Assembly: GCA_963663805.2 (NCBI GenBank)
Contig: CAXXMR010000008.1
Coordinates: forward strand, 1 to 64,000
Direction: 5' to 3'
Source of the DNA: Sedimentisphaerales bacterium
GTDB lineage: Bacteria > Planctomycetota > Phycisphaerae > Sedimentisphaerales > SM23-30
DNA: 64,000 bases
Positions 1 to 11,003 of this stretch are shown piece after piece (position 1 is the first letter of the stretch; every line of letters starts with the position of its first letter). The position numbers and the translations under genes are program-made. Below the pieces are notes generated by a model. The model was not told the DNA's origin, did no database searches, and saw only the letters and a program-made list of their open reading frames with translations.

Positions 1-1495
1 GTTGGAGCCGGGTTCGGCCCGTGATTATGTTTTTCTGCTAATAGACAATATCGCCGGGGCGGGTGAATATTATCGCTGGTGTAATAGTGCGGGTTCATAT
101 TCTGACGATATTGCGTGATTTGAAAAACGGTCGTTCGGTTAGTGATGAGGAGATGGGGCTGGTTGCCGGGATGGGGCCGGACTGGGCCGGGGCGGCAGAT
201 GAATATCGCGAGAAGCATCGGGCGGCGATGGATGAGCGGTTTGGAAAGGTGGGGATTAAGGCTTTGGATGAGCGTACGCTGGAGGTTACTCTGGTTCGTC
301 CGACGAATTATTTTTTGGACCTGACGGCGTTCGCGACGTTTTTGCCTATTCATCGTTCGATAGAGCTTCTGAAGGAAACGGAAGGGGTTTCGGCGGAGCT
401 GACTTTGTGGGCTTATGACCCGCAATGGGTTAAGCCGGACTATCATCGCAGGGGGTATCCGGGGCTGATAACGAACGGGCCTTTTCGACTGGAGCAGTGG
501 CACTTTAAAGACTACATGTATTTTGTCAAGAATCCGTATTATCATGCTGCTGACGAGGTTGTTTGTGGGAGTATCAAGGCTCGGATTATTACCGGGGCGG
601 GGACTTATTATATGGCTTATGAACGTGGTGAGGTTGACTGGCTCGGCGAAGTGACGCGGCTGGACTTCGCACCGGCATTGGCGGCACAGGCCCTTGGGGG
701 TGAGCGTGACGATATTCATATAACGCCGATGTTCGGTACGTATTTTTATGATTTTAATTGTCAGCCGACTCTGCCGGATGGGTCGGCGAATCCTCTGGCT
801 GATTGTCGGTTGAGGATGGCTTTGAATCTGGCGGTTGATAAGCAGGCGATAGTTGATAAAGTCAAGAAGATCGGGAATGTTGTGGCGAGGAACTTTGTTC
901 CGCCGGATTCGATTGTGGGATACTCTTGTGAGCCGGGGCCGGTCTATAATCCGAAACGGGCTGGCGAGCTAATGGCAGAGGCGGGCTACGCGGGTGCCGA
1001 GGGTCTGCCGCCGATACAGATTTTATATAACAATGGTTACGGACACGAGGAAGTGGCTCAGGCTGTTGCGGAGATGTGGCGGGAAAATCTGAAGGCGGAA
1101 ATAGTTATTCACGGCAAGGAAGTCAAGAGTTTCGCGGAGGACAAGAAAACTCATAAGTTTATGGTGTGCCGGGCGTCTTGGTTTGGCGACTATGGCGATC
1201 CGACGACTTTTCTGGATATGATGGTGACGGGTAACGGGAATAATGACCCGGGTTTTTTTCCAATGCTCAATATGATGGGCTGATGAAGAAGGCGGCGGCG
1301 ACGCTGGGTCATCAGGAGCGGCTGGAGATTCTGGCGGCGGCGGAATATTTGCTCATGCACGAACAAGTGCCGATTCTGCCGATTTACTATTATGTGAATC
1401 TGGACGCTTTTCGGGCTGATGTGAAAGGGCTTTACGCTAATCCGCGGCACATGCATCCGTTTCGTTCTATTCACAAGTGCGAGTCGGTGTATTGA
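1..1495 (+). CDS. oppA: Oligopeptide ABC transporter substrate-binding protein (family 5); 5'-truncated by the window, frameshift near 1253-1259
   Basis: ORF 63..1283 has SBP5 motifs (GIKALDERTLEVTL, NGPFRL, RMALNLAVDK, RASWFGDYGDPTTFL). ORF 1283..1495 supplies the typical C-terminus (AAAEYLLMHEQVPILPIYYY). The shift lies in a T7 run. Confidence 0.85.
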
Positions 1496-1533
1496 TATTG
1501 TCACTGTTGTTTAATTGGCAATGACTTATATTG

Positions 1534-2229
1534 TCAAATCGCCACGGCCAGTTTATCCGCGGCGGCGGGTTCGGGGGCAATTTGCGGTTTGATTGCCGTC
1601 GTCGGCAATGCCGCCCGGGCGGTGGTTACTTCGTTGCTGGGGCAGCTGGAGCCGTTTTCGTTGGCGGCTATGACGCGGAAGCGGGTTGCTTCATCGCTGT
1701 AGAAATCAGATTCCCCGAGCCGGTAATGGTTATCGAAGGTAATGGCTGCCAGCTGCCAGGGGCAGCGATTATCCATCCGGCGTTTCTGGATGAGATAATG
1801 ACGGACGGGGCGGCGGGTGCTGTAGGTGGATTTCCGCCAGTGCAGAGTTAAACTGTTTTCGCCGAGATATTCCAGAGTCAGATTGCCCGGCTGCTGCGGC
1901 GGTAAGGTGGCAGCGTTTTTCTTGCGGTCGTTGATACCGATAAGGTTCATCTGCTGCGGGGCGGCGGCGGTATCGACCTGAGCCTGCCTTATTTGCCCCT
2001 TCATTTCCTGTTGAAGTCTATCTAAAACTTCGGCCTTGGCAATCGCCGCACATTTCGCGGCGGCCTGCGCTTCCTGCAAGCGAAACGTCGCTTCCTGAAA
2101 GCTCTCAATCACACTAAGCAGCTCGGCGGGGCTGCCGTGTGTAAAGATATCCGGGTGAAGCTCCATACCGCTGACCATCCTTTCGGCCAGAGCGAGAATG
2201 TCGGCGTTAGTTCTGGGAAACTGGGACAT
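1534..2229 (-). CDS. Fibronectin type III domain protein with N-terminal helical region
   Basis: 231 aa ORF with RBS GGAGG. The C-terminal half follows the FnIII pattern (PPQQPGNLTL...LTLHWRK...YLIQ...FRVIAANENGSSCPSNEV). No signal peptide visible. Confidence 0.75.
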   Translation of the reverse strand: MSQFPRTNADILALAERMVSGMELHPDIFTHGSPAELLSVIESFQEATFRLQEAQAAAKCAAIAKAEVLDRLQQEMKGQIRQAQVDTAAAPQQMNLIGINDRKKNAATLPPQQPGNLTLEYLGENSLTLHWRKSTYSTRRPVRHYLIQKRRMDNRCPWQLAAITFDNHYRLGESDFYSDEATRFRVIAANENGSSCPSNEVTTARAALPTTAIKPQIAPEPAAADKLAVAI

Positions 2230-2243
2230 GTAAACCTCCGGTT

Positions 2244-2548
2244 TTAGAATTCAGTTGTCAGGAATCAGAATTCAGCAAAAATATTTAGCCGCGGATTACC
2301 CGGATTTCGCGGATTACGATTTATTCTTTCCACCCATGTTTTCAATAATCTGCGTCCATCTGCGTTATCTGTGGATTGTATATGTTTTTCTTATCCACAG
2401 ATCAAAAATTAAACAAGATTATTAATCAGGCACTCCTGTCCCGCAATATTCGCCGTTAAAAATCCGCGTCAATCCGTGTAATCCGCGGTTCCCTGTTCTT
2501 AATCGTTAATCTGCTGACTTCTGAATACTGATCTCTGATGTCTGATTT
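2244..2548. repeat. Nested inverted-repeat element built from 7-mer and 9-mer tandem repeats
   Basis: Outer arms: TCAGNNN x4-5 (2244-2278) versus CTGANNN x5 (2514-2548). Inner arms: ccgcggattacccggatttcgcggatt (2289-2315) versus aatccgcgtcaatccgtgtaatccgcgg (2461-2488). Central hairpin atctgtggat...atccacagat (~2367-2402). Confidence 0.85.
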
Positions 2549-2555
2549 AAATGGC

Positions 2556-2600
2556 TGCCGACTGCCCGGGTCGTAAAACAACCGCTCCGGGCAATCGGCA
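2556..2600 (-). other. GC-rich stem-loop upstream of the FnIII gene
   Basis: tgccgactgcccgg (2556-2569) / ccgggcaatcggca (2587-2600), 13 of 14 bases complementary. Mismatches read as G-U pairs on the minus-strand transcript. Confidence 0.6.
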
Positions 2601-2806
2601 TTTTCCTAAATCGCAAAATATCACAAATAAAAATACTGCTAAAAACAATCGGCTGAACTTATCCGATCGCAGAATCATCATCGAACCAATCGCCGACAGA
2701 GTTTAGCCAAAAAGATCATTATTTTGCCCGAACGGTCGGCCCGGATATCTAAGTATTGTTTCTGTGCATAGTTACGAAGAATATTTCGTTAAAAAAACCG
2801 AGCATT

Positions 2807-3058
2807 TTTATTTTTACATCTATCAAATGTAAATTTACATCTGCCATATGTAAAATTGCATTCGCCACATGTAAATTTGCAAATGGCCCCTGTAAAAATG
2901 TATTTGTCGCATGTAAATTTGCATCTACCGTATGCAAAATTACATTCAATGGATGTAAATTCGCAAATGCCGGATGTAAAATTGTATACGGCAGATGCAA
3001 AATTGTAGCTGTCAGGTGTAAACTTACATTGGGCCAATGCAAATTTACTTTGTCCCGA
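2807..3058. repeat. 21-bp-period array: 12-bp palindrome TGYAAAWTTRCA plus 9-bp variable spacer, 11 units plus one degenerate unit
   Basis: Cores start at 2828, 2849, 2870, 2891, 2912, 2933, 2954, 2975, 2996, 3017 and 3038, exact 21-bp steps. A degenerate core starts at 2807. Confidence 0.95.
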
Positions 3059-3157
3059 TTCTCGCGTCGACGGGCTGATGTGGAGGGGGCCATAATGCTA
3101 GAAAGATGATGAGCCCGCCGAACGAAGTGTCGGGTAAGGGAATTAAAGGTGCCTGAC

Positions 3158-3275
3158 AAATATTTAGCCGCAGATTACACTGATTACGCGGATTTTTAAC
3201 GACCAATATTTTTTGACATGATTAACATGATTGACAAGATGATTTTCTTCGTGGGCTTCGCGGCCTTCGTGGTGG
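3158..3275. repeat. Cluster of 9-mer tandem repeats; first block is a direct repeat of 2279-2315
   Basis: aaatatttagccgcagattacactgattacgcggatt (33/37 identical to 2279-2315), then ttgacatgattaacatgattgacaagatg and cttcgtgggcttcgcggccttcgtggtg. Confidence 0.8.
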
Positions 3276-3329
3276 GTTATTCCGTTGAGAGAGAAAAAGT
3301 GACCGAAAACTTTAATTTCTCCCAGTTAT

Positions 3330-4224
3330 TTATTCAACCTCCTGATTATCACATACAAGCACATCATCAGAAGATTCTTCTTTGTTCTTTGGTTTACGTT
3401 TTCGGAACAAATCTACTATGCCAAGAATTATGCCTATAAATCCTAATAACGTCAAATTCCCAAAAAGCAACCCTGCCTCTCTAGTCTCTATATCTGCTCC
3501 CATGCTTATCAAATAAAGAGGTAATGAAATCCACAATACAGGTACCACGGCTTCCATTTCGAGAAATTAACCATAATAATATTAGCCCGACAACAAAGAT
3601 TACAATGCCACCTACAGTATAAGGCCACAGATCTTTCTTCGAACTAGCTTGTTGTTTCGACGAAGAAAATGCATCATTAAGCTTCCAGTTTGATTCACCT
3701 TCTAATCCTGCCAGGATATCATTCAAAATAAATCCAAGTTCAGCCTTTTGCTCCATTGTTCCGAAAACCACTATGTTTATAGCTTCTTTCTTTAGCGGAA
3801 CTAATGCTGAGTAAGAAATACACTCCGCTCCGTTGTCAAGAGGTATAGGCATCACACAGCCATTAATTGTATACTTTTTCCATTTCAATATCACGAACTC
3901 ACCAGCAAAATCAGATGACATGTCACTTTTCTTGATGCGTCCTGGAGTAATTGTTGTTCCTGTTCTTTCGATAAGAATCAAAATATTTGGTTGAATACCA
4001 TCTGGATCTTCACGAACAAAAGCATGCTTAACTTTCGCCTCAAAAACATCTTTATCTTGCATCACTTCAAAACCAGAAGGAACTACCATGGTGAAACCAA
4101 GTTCGCTGTCGTTCAATATATCTGAAGCGATCCCAACAGTAGAAAACGATACAATAATAACCAGAACTAAAAACAAAATGTGATTTTTTATTATTAATAC
4201 GCTGCCCATAATAACTTTCTCCAT
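3330..4224 (-). CDS. AT-rich hypothetical membrane protein (signal/TM, soluble domain, C-terminal TM helices); probable frameshift near 3550
   Basis: ORF 3481..4224 overlaps ORF 3330..3557, which continues the hydrophobic helices. The region is visibly lower in GC than its flanks. Confidence 0.55.
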
Positions 4225-4456
4225 ACTAAAAAACTCTACTCATAAATGTAAAAAAAAAGATAAAAAGCACATCTTCCTTCCCCAGCGGCCCGGGAAACGA
4301 AACGGTGTTCGGTACTTTTTTTTAATGACTCTTACAATCCTCGTGAAAAATAGGATATCCCTCTGGTTCTGTCAAGCTTTGTTCCCGGCAGGGAGGAATC
4401 ATAACCAAACCGATTAAAATCTAACACCTCGGGTTTGTCATTCTTTGCCGGGCGAA

Positions 4457-5960
<1,504 letters not shown>

Positions 5961-6003
5961 TTCTCCAAAAGAATTTAGCGGTTTTATTTTTGTGTTAAAA
6001 AAA

Positions 6004-6374
6004 CAGAGCGAACGCGTAAGCCGGGTTCTGTTCACGCTATGCGTGGGCGGTCATTTATCTGGACTTGCGATTACTCACAAGCTCGCCTTACGGCAGCGAC
6101 CTACCCGAGCCTCGGAAGTGTCGGGCCGACACTCGGCTCTGCTTGGTCTTGCAGGAGGTGGGGTTTACCTTGCCGATTCGCTCACGCGTCTCGCGGTGCG
6201 CTCTTACCGCACCATTTCACCCTTACCGAAGCACAAAGGCCCCGGCGGTATCTTTTCTGTGGCACTTTTCCCGAGGATCACTCCCGGTGGCCGTTAGCCA
6301 TCACCTTGCCCTGTCCTGCCCGGACTTTCCTCCCATGCCGTGAACCGGCATGAGCGACCGCCGCGCCCGCTCTG
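6004..6374 (-). ncRNA. rnpB: RNase P RNA, bacterial type A
   Basis: Minus strand contains GGGAGGAAAGTCCGGGC near the 5' end, GCCACAGAAAA, GGTAAGGGTGAAATGGTGCGGTAAGAGCGCACC, GGTAAACCCC and 3' ACAGAACCCGGCTTAC. Terminal P1 pairing gagcgggcgcg/cgcgttcgctc. Confidence 0.97.
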
Positions 6375-6513
6375 AATACAATTATAATCGTATTCAGGGC
6401 AATATCAAAGCATCAATACCCGGCGGCGGACCATTTACTTTTTTACGCCCCAATCCCGCCCCAATCCCAAAAAATGTGTATTTTTCCGCCGTATTAGCAA
6501 GAAAACAATATTT

Positions 6514-6545
6514 TTAAGGTTAATTTAAGGTTGTTGCCATATAAT
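6514..6545 (+). promoter_or_regulatory. OmpR-family direct-repeat box (TTAAGGTT-N3-TTAAGGTT) followed by -10 TATAAT
   Basis: ttaaggttaatttaaggttg at 6514-6533 and TATAAT at 6540-6545. The same box recurs at 8737. Confidence 0.8.
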
Positions 6546-6630
6546 ATCACCCGTGAGTACTTTGAGTATTAATCGCTTGTTTTGCAAGTGGTTATGCGAC
6601 AATGCAAATTGGGTTGCTGAGTGCTGCTAT

Positions 6631-7311
6631 ATGCGTTTGCTCATTATAGAAGATGAAATACGGCTGGCCCGGAATATCAGCGAAGTCCTGCGGCAGGAGT
6701 TGTCGTTTGCCGTTGATATATCTACCGATGGCCTGGATGGTCAGCATATGGCGATGAGCAATCCGTACGATCTTGTCATACTGGATCTTATGCTGCCCAA
6801 GATAGATGGACTCCAGATCTTGCAGAATATGCGCCGCGAAAATATTCATACTCCGGTTTTGATTCTTACCGCCCGGGGGCAAAGTGAGGATATCGTCAAG
6901 GGACTCGATCTGGGCAGCGATGATTATATGGCCAAGCCTTTTGATATGGATGAACTGCTGGCTCGCTGTCGGGCCTTGATAAGACGTTCGCACGGGAAAA
7001 CTTCGGCTCAGATCGAGATCGGCGAGCTAACCATAAATACGCAAAATCATACGGTTGCTTTCCGAGACCAGAAATATCTGCTGCCGGCTCTGGAATACCG
7101 GCTTCTGGAATATCTCGCGATGCGAGCCGGGCAGGTAGTATCCAAAACGGACATCGTTGAGCATCTTTATGATTTCAATGAAGAGAATTTTTCCAATGTA
7201 ATTGAGGTATATATTTCTTCTTTGCGTAAAAAATTCGACCCGGGGCCGGAACGCTGTTTGATTCACACCATTAGAGGCCAGGGTTATTTGCTGGGAGAGT
7301 TGCCAAATTGA
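6631..7311 (+). CDS. OmpR/PhoB-family response regulator
   Basis: MRLLIIEDE...DLVILDLMLPKIDG...LTARG...GSDDYMAKPF, with wHTH end IHTIRGQGY. Start moved from 6553 to the ATG at 6631. Confidence 0.95.
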   Translation: MRLLIIEDEIRLARNISEVLRQELSFAVDISTDGLDGQHMAMSNPYDLVILDLMLPKIDGLQILQNMRRENIHTPVLILTARGQSEDIVKGLDLGSDDYMAKPFDMDELLARCRALIRRSHGKTSAQIEIGELTINTQNHTVAFRDQKYLLPALEYRLLEYLAMRAGQVVSKTDIVEHLYDFNEENFSNVIEVYISSLRKKFDPGPERCLIHTIRGQGYLLGELPN

Positions 7312-8716
7312 GAGCCTGGTCCTTGAAATGGAAATTGTCTTTTTTCAGTTTTCTGATACTGACTTTGGTTATCGTGGTATTGTCAGTGGCGGCCTATATG
7401 GAGATTGAAGAGGCGCTGGTCAAAAATATTGACAGCACTTTGGAAGCGATGGGCGAAGGCGCTCTGGCGGTAATCAAAAACGAATCGGAACCTTCTGATA
7501 TCACTCAGGAGATAGAATCTATAACTGGTTCTGATAATTCGCGGCGAAAAATTCGCTATCGTATCTGGTGGGAAAATTCTGCTGAGGATATCATTTCCTA
7601 TGATCCTGTGATTGATATTGTCGGTTCGCTTAAAAATAATATTAGCAGCAGCGAACCTCCCTCGCCGGATGATTATCGCCTTTTCAATATTGCCGGGAAT
7701 ACTTATCGTGCTTTCTGGGATGCGCAATGTTTGCGACAAAGGAATTATCAATATTGTTATTGCCGGAAGCAGCGGTTATGTTCGCCATGAGATGGAGGAA
7801 TATCTTTCTTTTCTGATAATTTTGGGAGGCTCTGTAATCGTTTGTTCCGTATTTGTGCTGATATTGACAGTTTCGTGGGCATTGCGGCCCATTAAGCAGA
7901 CGGCGATGATTTTGCAGACGATAACCTGTTCAAATCTTGCTGATGAACCCATGAAAGAGTTGGATCCGCCCAAAGAGCTGATACCTTTTGTTGATGCTGT
8001 AAGGCACATGCTGATTCGTTTGCATAGAGGAATGCAGAAGCAGAAAAGATTTCGGATGATGCTTCGCATGAACTTCGCACTCCTTTGGCACTGGCCAAAA
8101 GTACTTTGCAGGTGGTGCGCAGAAAAGATCATGATAAGCAGGATTATATCCAGGCTATCGACGATACTCTTGGGGATATTGAACGGATGGAAAAGTTGAG
8201 CAACCAGCTTTTGGAGCTGACTCGACTGGAAAATCTCAATGCACAGCCGGAAATGAACCGAATAGAGCTGAGCCCCTGTTTGGAAAAGTTGGTTTCCGAT
8301 TTTAAACAGATTTCCGTGCGGCAAAACAAACCTGTCGTTTTCACACCTTTCCGTGGGGGTACACACAAAGGGACACGAAGAGCTGCTTAAGCGTCCTGTT
8401 TGCCAATCTGCTGGAAAATGCTTTAAAATACGGCCCTCCCGGCCAGGCGGTCAGGATTGGCTTGAGCGGTAATAATGGTAACTGTATTTACGTTTGTGTC
8501 CATGACCAGGGCGGTTCCATTGCGCCGGAAGATATTCCTTATCTTTGCGATCGTTTCTACAGGCCGGATTCCTCACGCTCTCCCGCAACCGGCGGAAACG
8601 GCCTGGGATTATCCATTGCTCATGAAATAGCCCTTATTCACAATGGAAGCATACATATCAGTTCTTCTGCTCAGGATGGAACCGATGTTGTCGTTAAGCT
8701 GCCCAAAATACCATAA
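7308..8716 (+). CDS. Membrane sensor histidine kinase (two TM, HAMP, HisKA, HATPase) split by about three frameshifts
   Basis: Pieces 7308..7790, 7612..8199, 8085..8390 and 8462..8716. H-box DASHELRTPLA near 8058, N-box NLLENALKYG near 8405, G-boxes DQGGSI and GGNGLGLSIA. Confidence 0.9.
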
Positions 8717-8736
8717 TGAGATTTTTTTTCATTGGC

Positions 8737-8769
8737 TTAAGGTTCCTTTAAGGTTGGATGCTCTATAGT
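8737..8769 (+). promoter_or_regulatory. Second OmpR-family box (TTAAGGTT-N3-TTAAGGTT) followed by -10 TATAGT
   Basis: ttaaggttcctttaaggttg at 8737-8756 and TATAGT at 8764-8769, upstream of the 8823 operon. Confidence 0.8.
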
Positions 8770-8822
8770 CCTGTCTGGAGAATTAATTTTCGCAGACATT
8801 CTGGACTAAAGGAGATTCAGCC

Positions 8823-9569
8823 ATGTTGTTGAAGGAACATCTCGTTAATGCCGGCCGCTTTCTTTTCCGTTGGCGCAGCTATACCCCTTTGCTCGCTATG
8901 CCCCTGTTGCTGCTTAAAATGCGGGAATTTCGCGGCACGAACAATGTCTTTCTGCTGATGGGCGGCTTGCTGGCCTTGGCGGGCTTGATACTGAGGGTCA
9001 TGACTATCGGATATGTAACCAATGGCACCTCCGGTAGAAATACCAAAAAACAAAAAGCGTCTTCGCTTAATACCGCGGGGATTTATTCTATAACAAGGAA
9101 TCCTCTTTATCTGGGCAATTATCTGATCTGCCTGGGCATTACTCTGACCTCGCAAAGCTGGGAGATCGTCCTCATTTCCTCTTTAGGTTTCGGCATGTTA
9201 TATCTTCCTGTGATCCTTTGTGAGGAAGAATTTCTTTTCAATCGATTTGGTCTCGCTTATCGCTTGTATGTGGAATCTACCCCGTGTTTTATTCCCAAAC
9301 CACGACTGTGGAAGTCTTCGCTCAGACCTTTCAGCTTGCGCTTTGTGTTGAGACGTGAACATGATACCTGGCTATCCACCCTGCTGGTTTTTGTGCTGAT
9401 ATTTCACTTCCGCCAATATCTCACTCACCATGTCCTGGCTTTTGACCAGATATGGGATGTCCCACTTATAGTATTTGGCGGGTTGTGGATAATATTGAAA
9501 ATTGTTAAAAAACGCACGCGCTTGCTTAAAGAAAGGCTTGGGTTTCATGAACCTGTAGCTGTGAACTAA
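8823..9569 (+). CDS. ICMT/PEMT-family membrane methyltransferase, LmtA-like (lipid A phosphate O-methyltransferase)
   Basis: GIYSITRNPLYLGN and EEEFL family motifs. N-terminal G-x-FLFRWRSY and GTSGRNT resemble Leptospira LmtA as I recall it. Multiple TM helices. Confidence 0.75.
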   Translation: MLLKEHLVNAGRFLFRWRSYTPLLAMPLLLLKMREFRGTNNVFLLMGGLLALAGLILRVMTIGYVTNGTSGRNTKKQKASSLNTAGIYSITRNPLYLGNYLICLGITLTSQSWEIVLISSLGFGMLYLPVILCEEEFLFNRFGLAYRLYVESTPCFIPKPRLWKSSLRPFSLRFVLRREHDTWLSTLLVFVLIFHFRQYLTHHVLAFDQIWDVPLIVFGGLWIILKIVKKRTRLLKERLGFHEPVAVN

Positions 9570-9575
9570 TACTGG

Positions 9576-10226
9576 ATGGCTGAAAACACGATTATGAATT
9601 TACAGGAAATAAAAATGACTAAACGAACATCAACTAAATATGGATTCAAAATTGCTCTGGGATTACTAATAGTAACGGCCGTGATGATAACATGGCACTA
9701 TCAGGTCAGACCCTATCATTTCCGGGTTGTCCAGCCCGACAGGGTATATCGAAGTGGATGTTTGGACAATGAAAATCTGGAGAAAGTGGTGGAGCAATAC
9801 CGCATTCGCACTATTGTCGCTCTTAACCGCATAGATGATGCCGAACCGCATGATAACTGGTATGCGGATGAAAAGAAATTCTGCCAGAGTAAATCCGTTA
9901 GATTTGTTCATACACCGCTGCTGGGAAATAAGCCTCCTTCGCCGGACCAGCTTCAATTATGGTTGAGCGTTTTGGACGACCCTGGTAATTATCCTGTACT
10001 GGTGCATTGTGCCCAGGGAGTTGTCAGGACGGGAATGTTTGTGGCTGTTTATAATATAGAATATATGCGAGAAGATAATTGTGAGGTTCTGCAGAATTTA
10101 CCTATGTTTGGCCACCACCTTTATACCCCTAAACGCAAGGAAATGCGCGAATTTATCTTAAACTATGATCCCAGGTGGAAAATGAAAAGAACTTTGGAGG
10201 GGCGGAAACTGTGCGATAACCTGTAG
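9576..10226 (+). CDS. Membrane-anchored Cys-based (DSP/PTP-like) phosphatase
   Basis: HCAQGVVRTG (HCxxGxxR) active site, FRVVQPDRVYRSG, one N-terminal TM segment. Confidence 0.85.
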   Translation: MAENTIMNLQEIKMTKRTSTKYGFKIALGLLIVTAVMITWHYQVRPYHFRVVQPDRVYRSGCLDNENLEKVVEQYRIRTIVALNRIDDAEPHDNWYADEKKFCQSKSVRFVHTPLLGNKPPSPDQLQLWLSVLDDPGNYPVLVHCAQGVVRTGMFVAVYNIEYMREDNCEVLQNLPMFGHHLYTPKRKEMREFILNYDPRWKMKRTLEGRKLCDNL

Positions 10227-10357
10227 TGCTGGGATTCGATGCTCCTGAGTTTTGCCGTTTATTGGCCTTAATAACCGAATCTGAAATTTGTGGATTATTT
10301 TTTCTGTCTGGGTATCATTGTATCCATAAACAAAGATTCGGGGGCCGAGGAGCATTT

Positions 10358-10954
10358 ATGCGAAAACTGAGACTCTGGCTGGTGCGGCTGGCGTTTGTGC
10401 CGGTGATCGCCGTGGCGGTTTTTGTTCGGCCCAACTGGCCCGAGGGCGAACTGACGGCGTTTATCTGTGAATTTGCCGGTTATCTGCTCCTGCTGGCGGG
10501 GCTGGCCATCCGCCTCTGGTCCATAGCCTATATCGGCGGTAAAAAATCCCGTCATGTCATCGACCAGGGCCCGTATTCACTCTGCCGCAACCCGCTTTAC
10601 GTCGGCACGTTTCTGCTGACGGTGGGGGTGGGCCTCTGCTTTGAGAATTTGATCATGCTCGCTCTTTGCGTTATGATCATCGTGCCCGCCCACTTAGCCG
10701 TGGTTCGCATGGAGGAAAACCATCTGGAGAAATTGTTCGGCGAGGATTATCGGCAGTACCGCCAAAAAGTACCGCGCTATCTCCCCCGCCTGCGGAACTA
10801 TCAAAGCCCGCCCTATATCGAAGTTTCAGTAAAAGCCATCCGAAGAATGGTAATAGATGCCTCAGCCGTATTGATGATCCCCGCCGTCGAAGACCTCCTC
10901 GAAATGCTGCACGACCACGGGATTATCCCGATATTATATTATTTTCCAAAATGA
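10358..10954 (+). CDS. Second ICMT/PEMT-family methyltransferase
   Basis: GPYSLCRNPLYVGTFL and EENHLEKLFGEDYRQYRQKVPR. ATG at 10358 follows RBS GAGGAG. Confidence 0.85.
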   Translation: MRKLRLWLVRLAFVPVIAVAVFVRPNWPEGELTAFICEFAGYLLLLAGLAIRLWSIAYIGGKKSRHVIDQGPYSLCRNPLYVGTFLLTVGVGLCFENLIMLALCVMIIVPAHLAVVRMEENHLEKLFGEDYRQYRQKVPRYLPRLRNYQSPPYIEVSVKAIRRMVIDASAVLMIPAVEDLLEMLHDHGIIPILYYFPK

Positions 10955-11003
10955 TATCCTCGGAAACTTTACGTTAAACCGATATAGTCGTTTTTAATCG
11001 AAA

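Noticed and set aside
2807..3058. CRISPR array
   Set aside because: A 12-bp repeat and 9-bp spacer are far below CRISPR sizes, and there are no cas genes in the window.
2749..3159. ORFs 2749..3159, 2756..3109 and 2789..3037 as real proteins
   Set aside because: They are open because the 21-bp palindromic period lacks stops. No recognisable domain or good RBS. Not called, though not excluded.
5992..6353. Three short + strand ORFs
   Set aside because: They lie antisense to rnpB.
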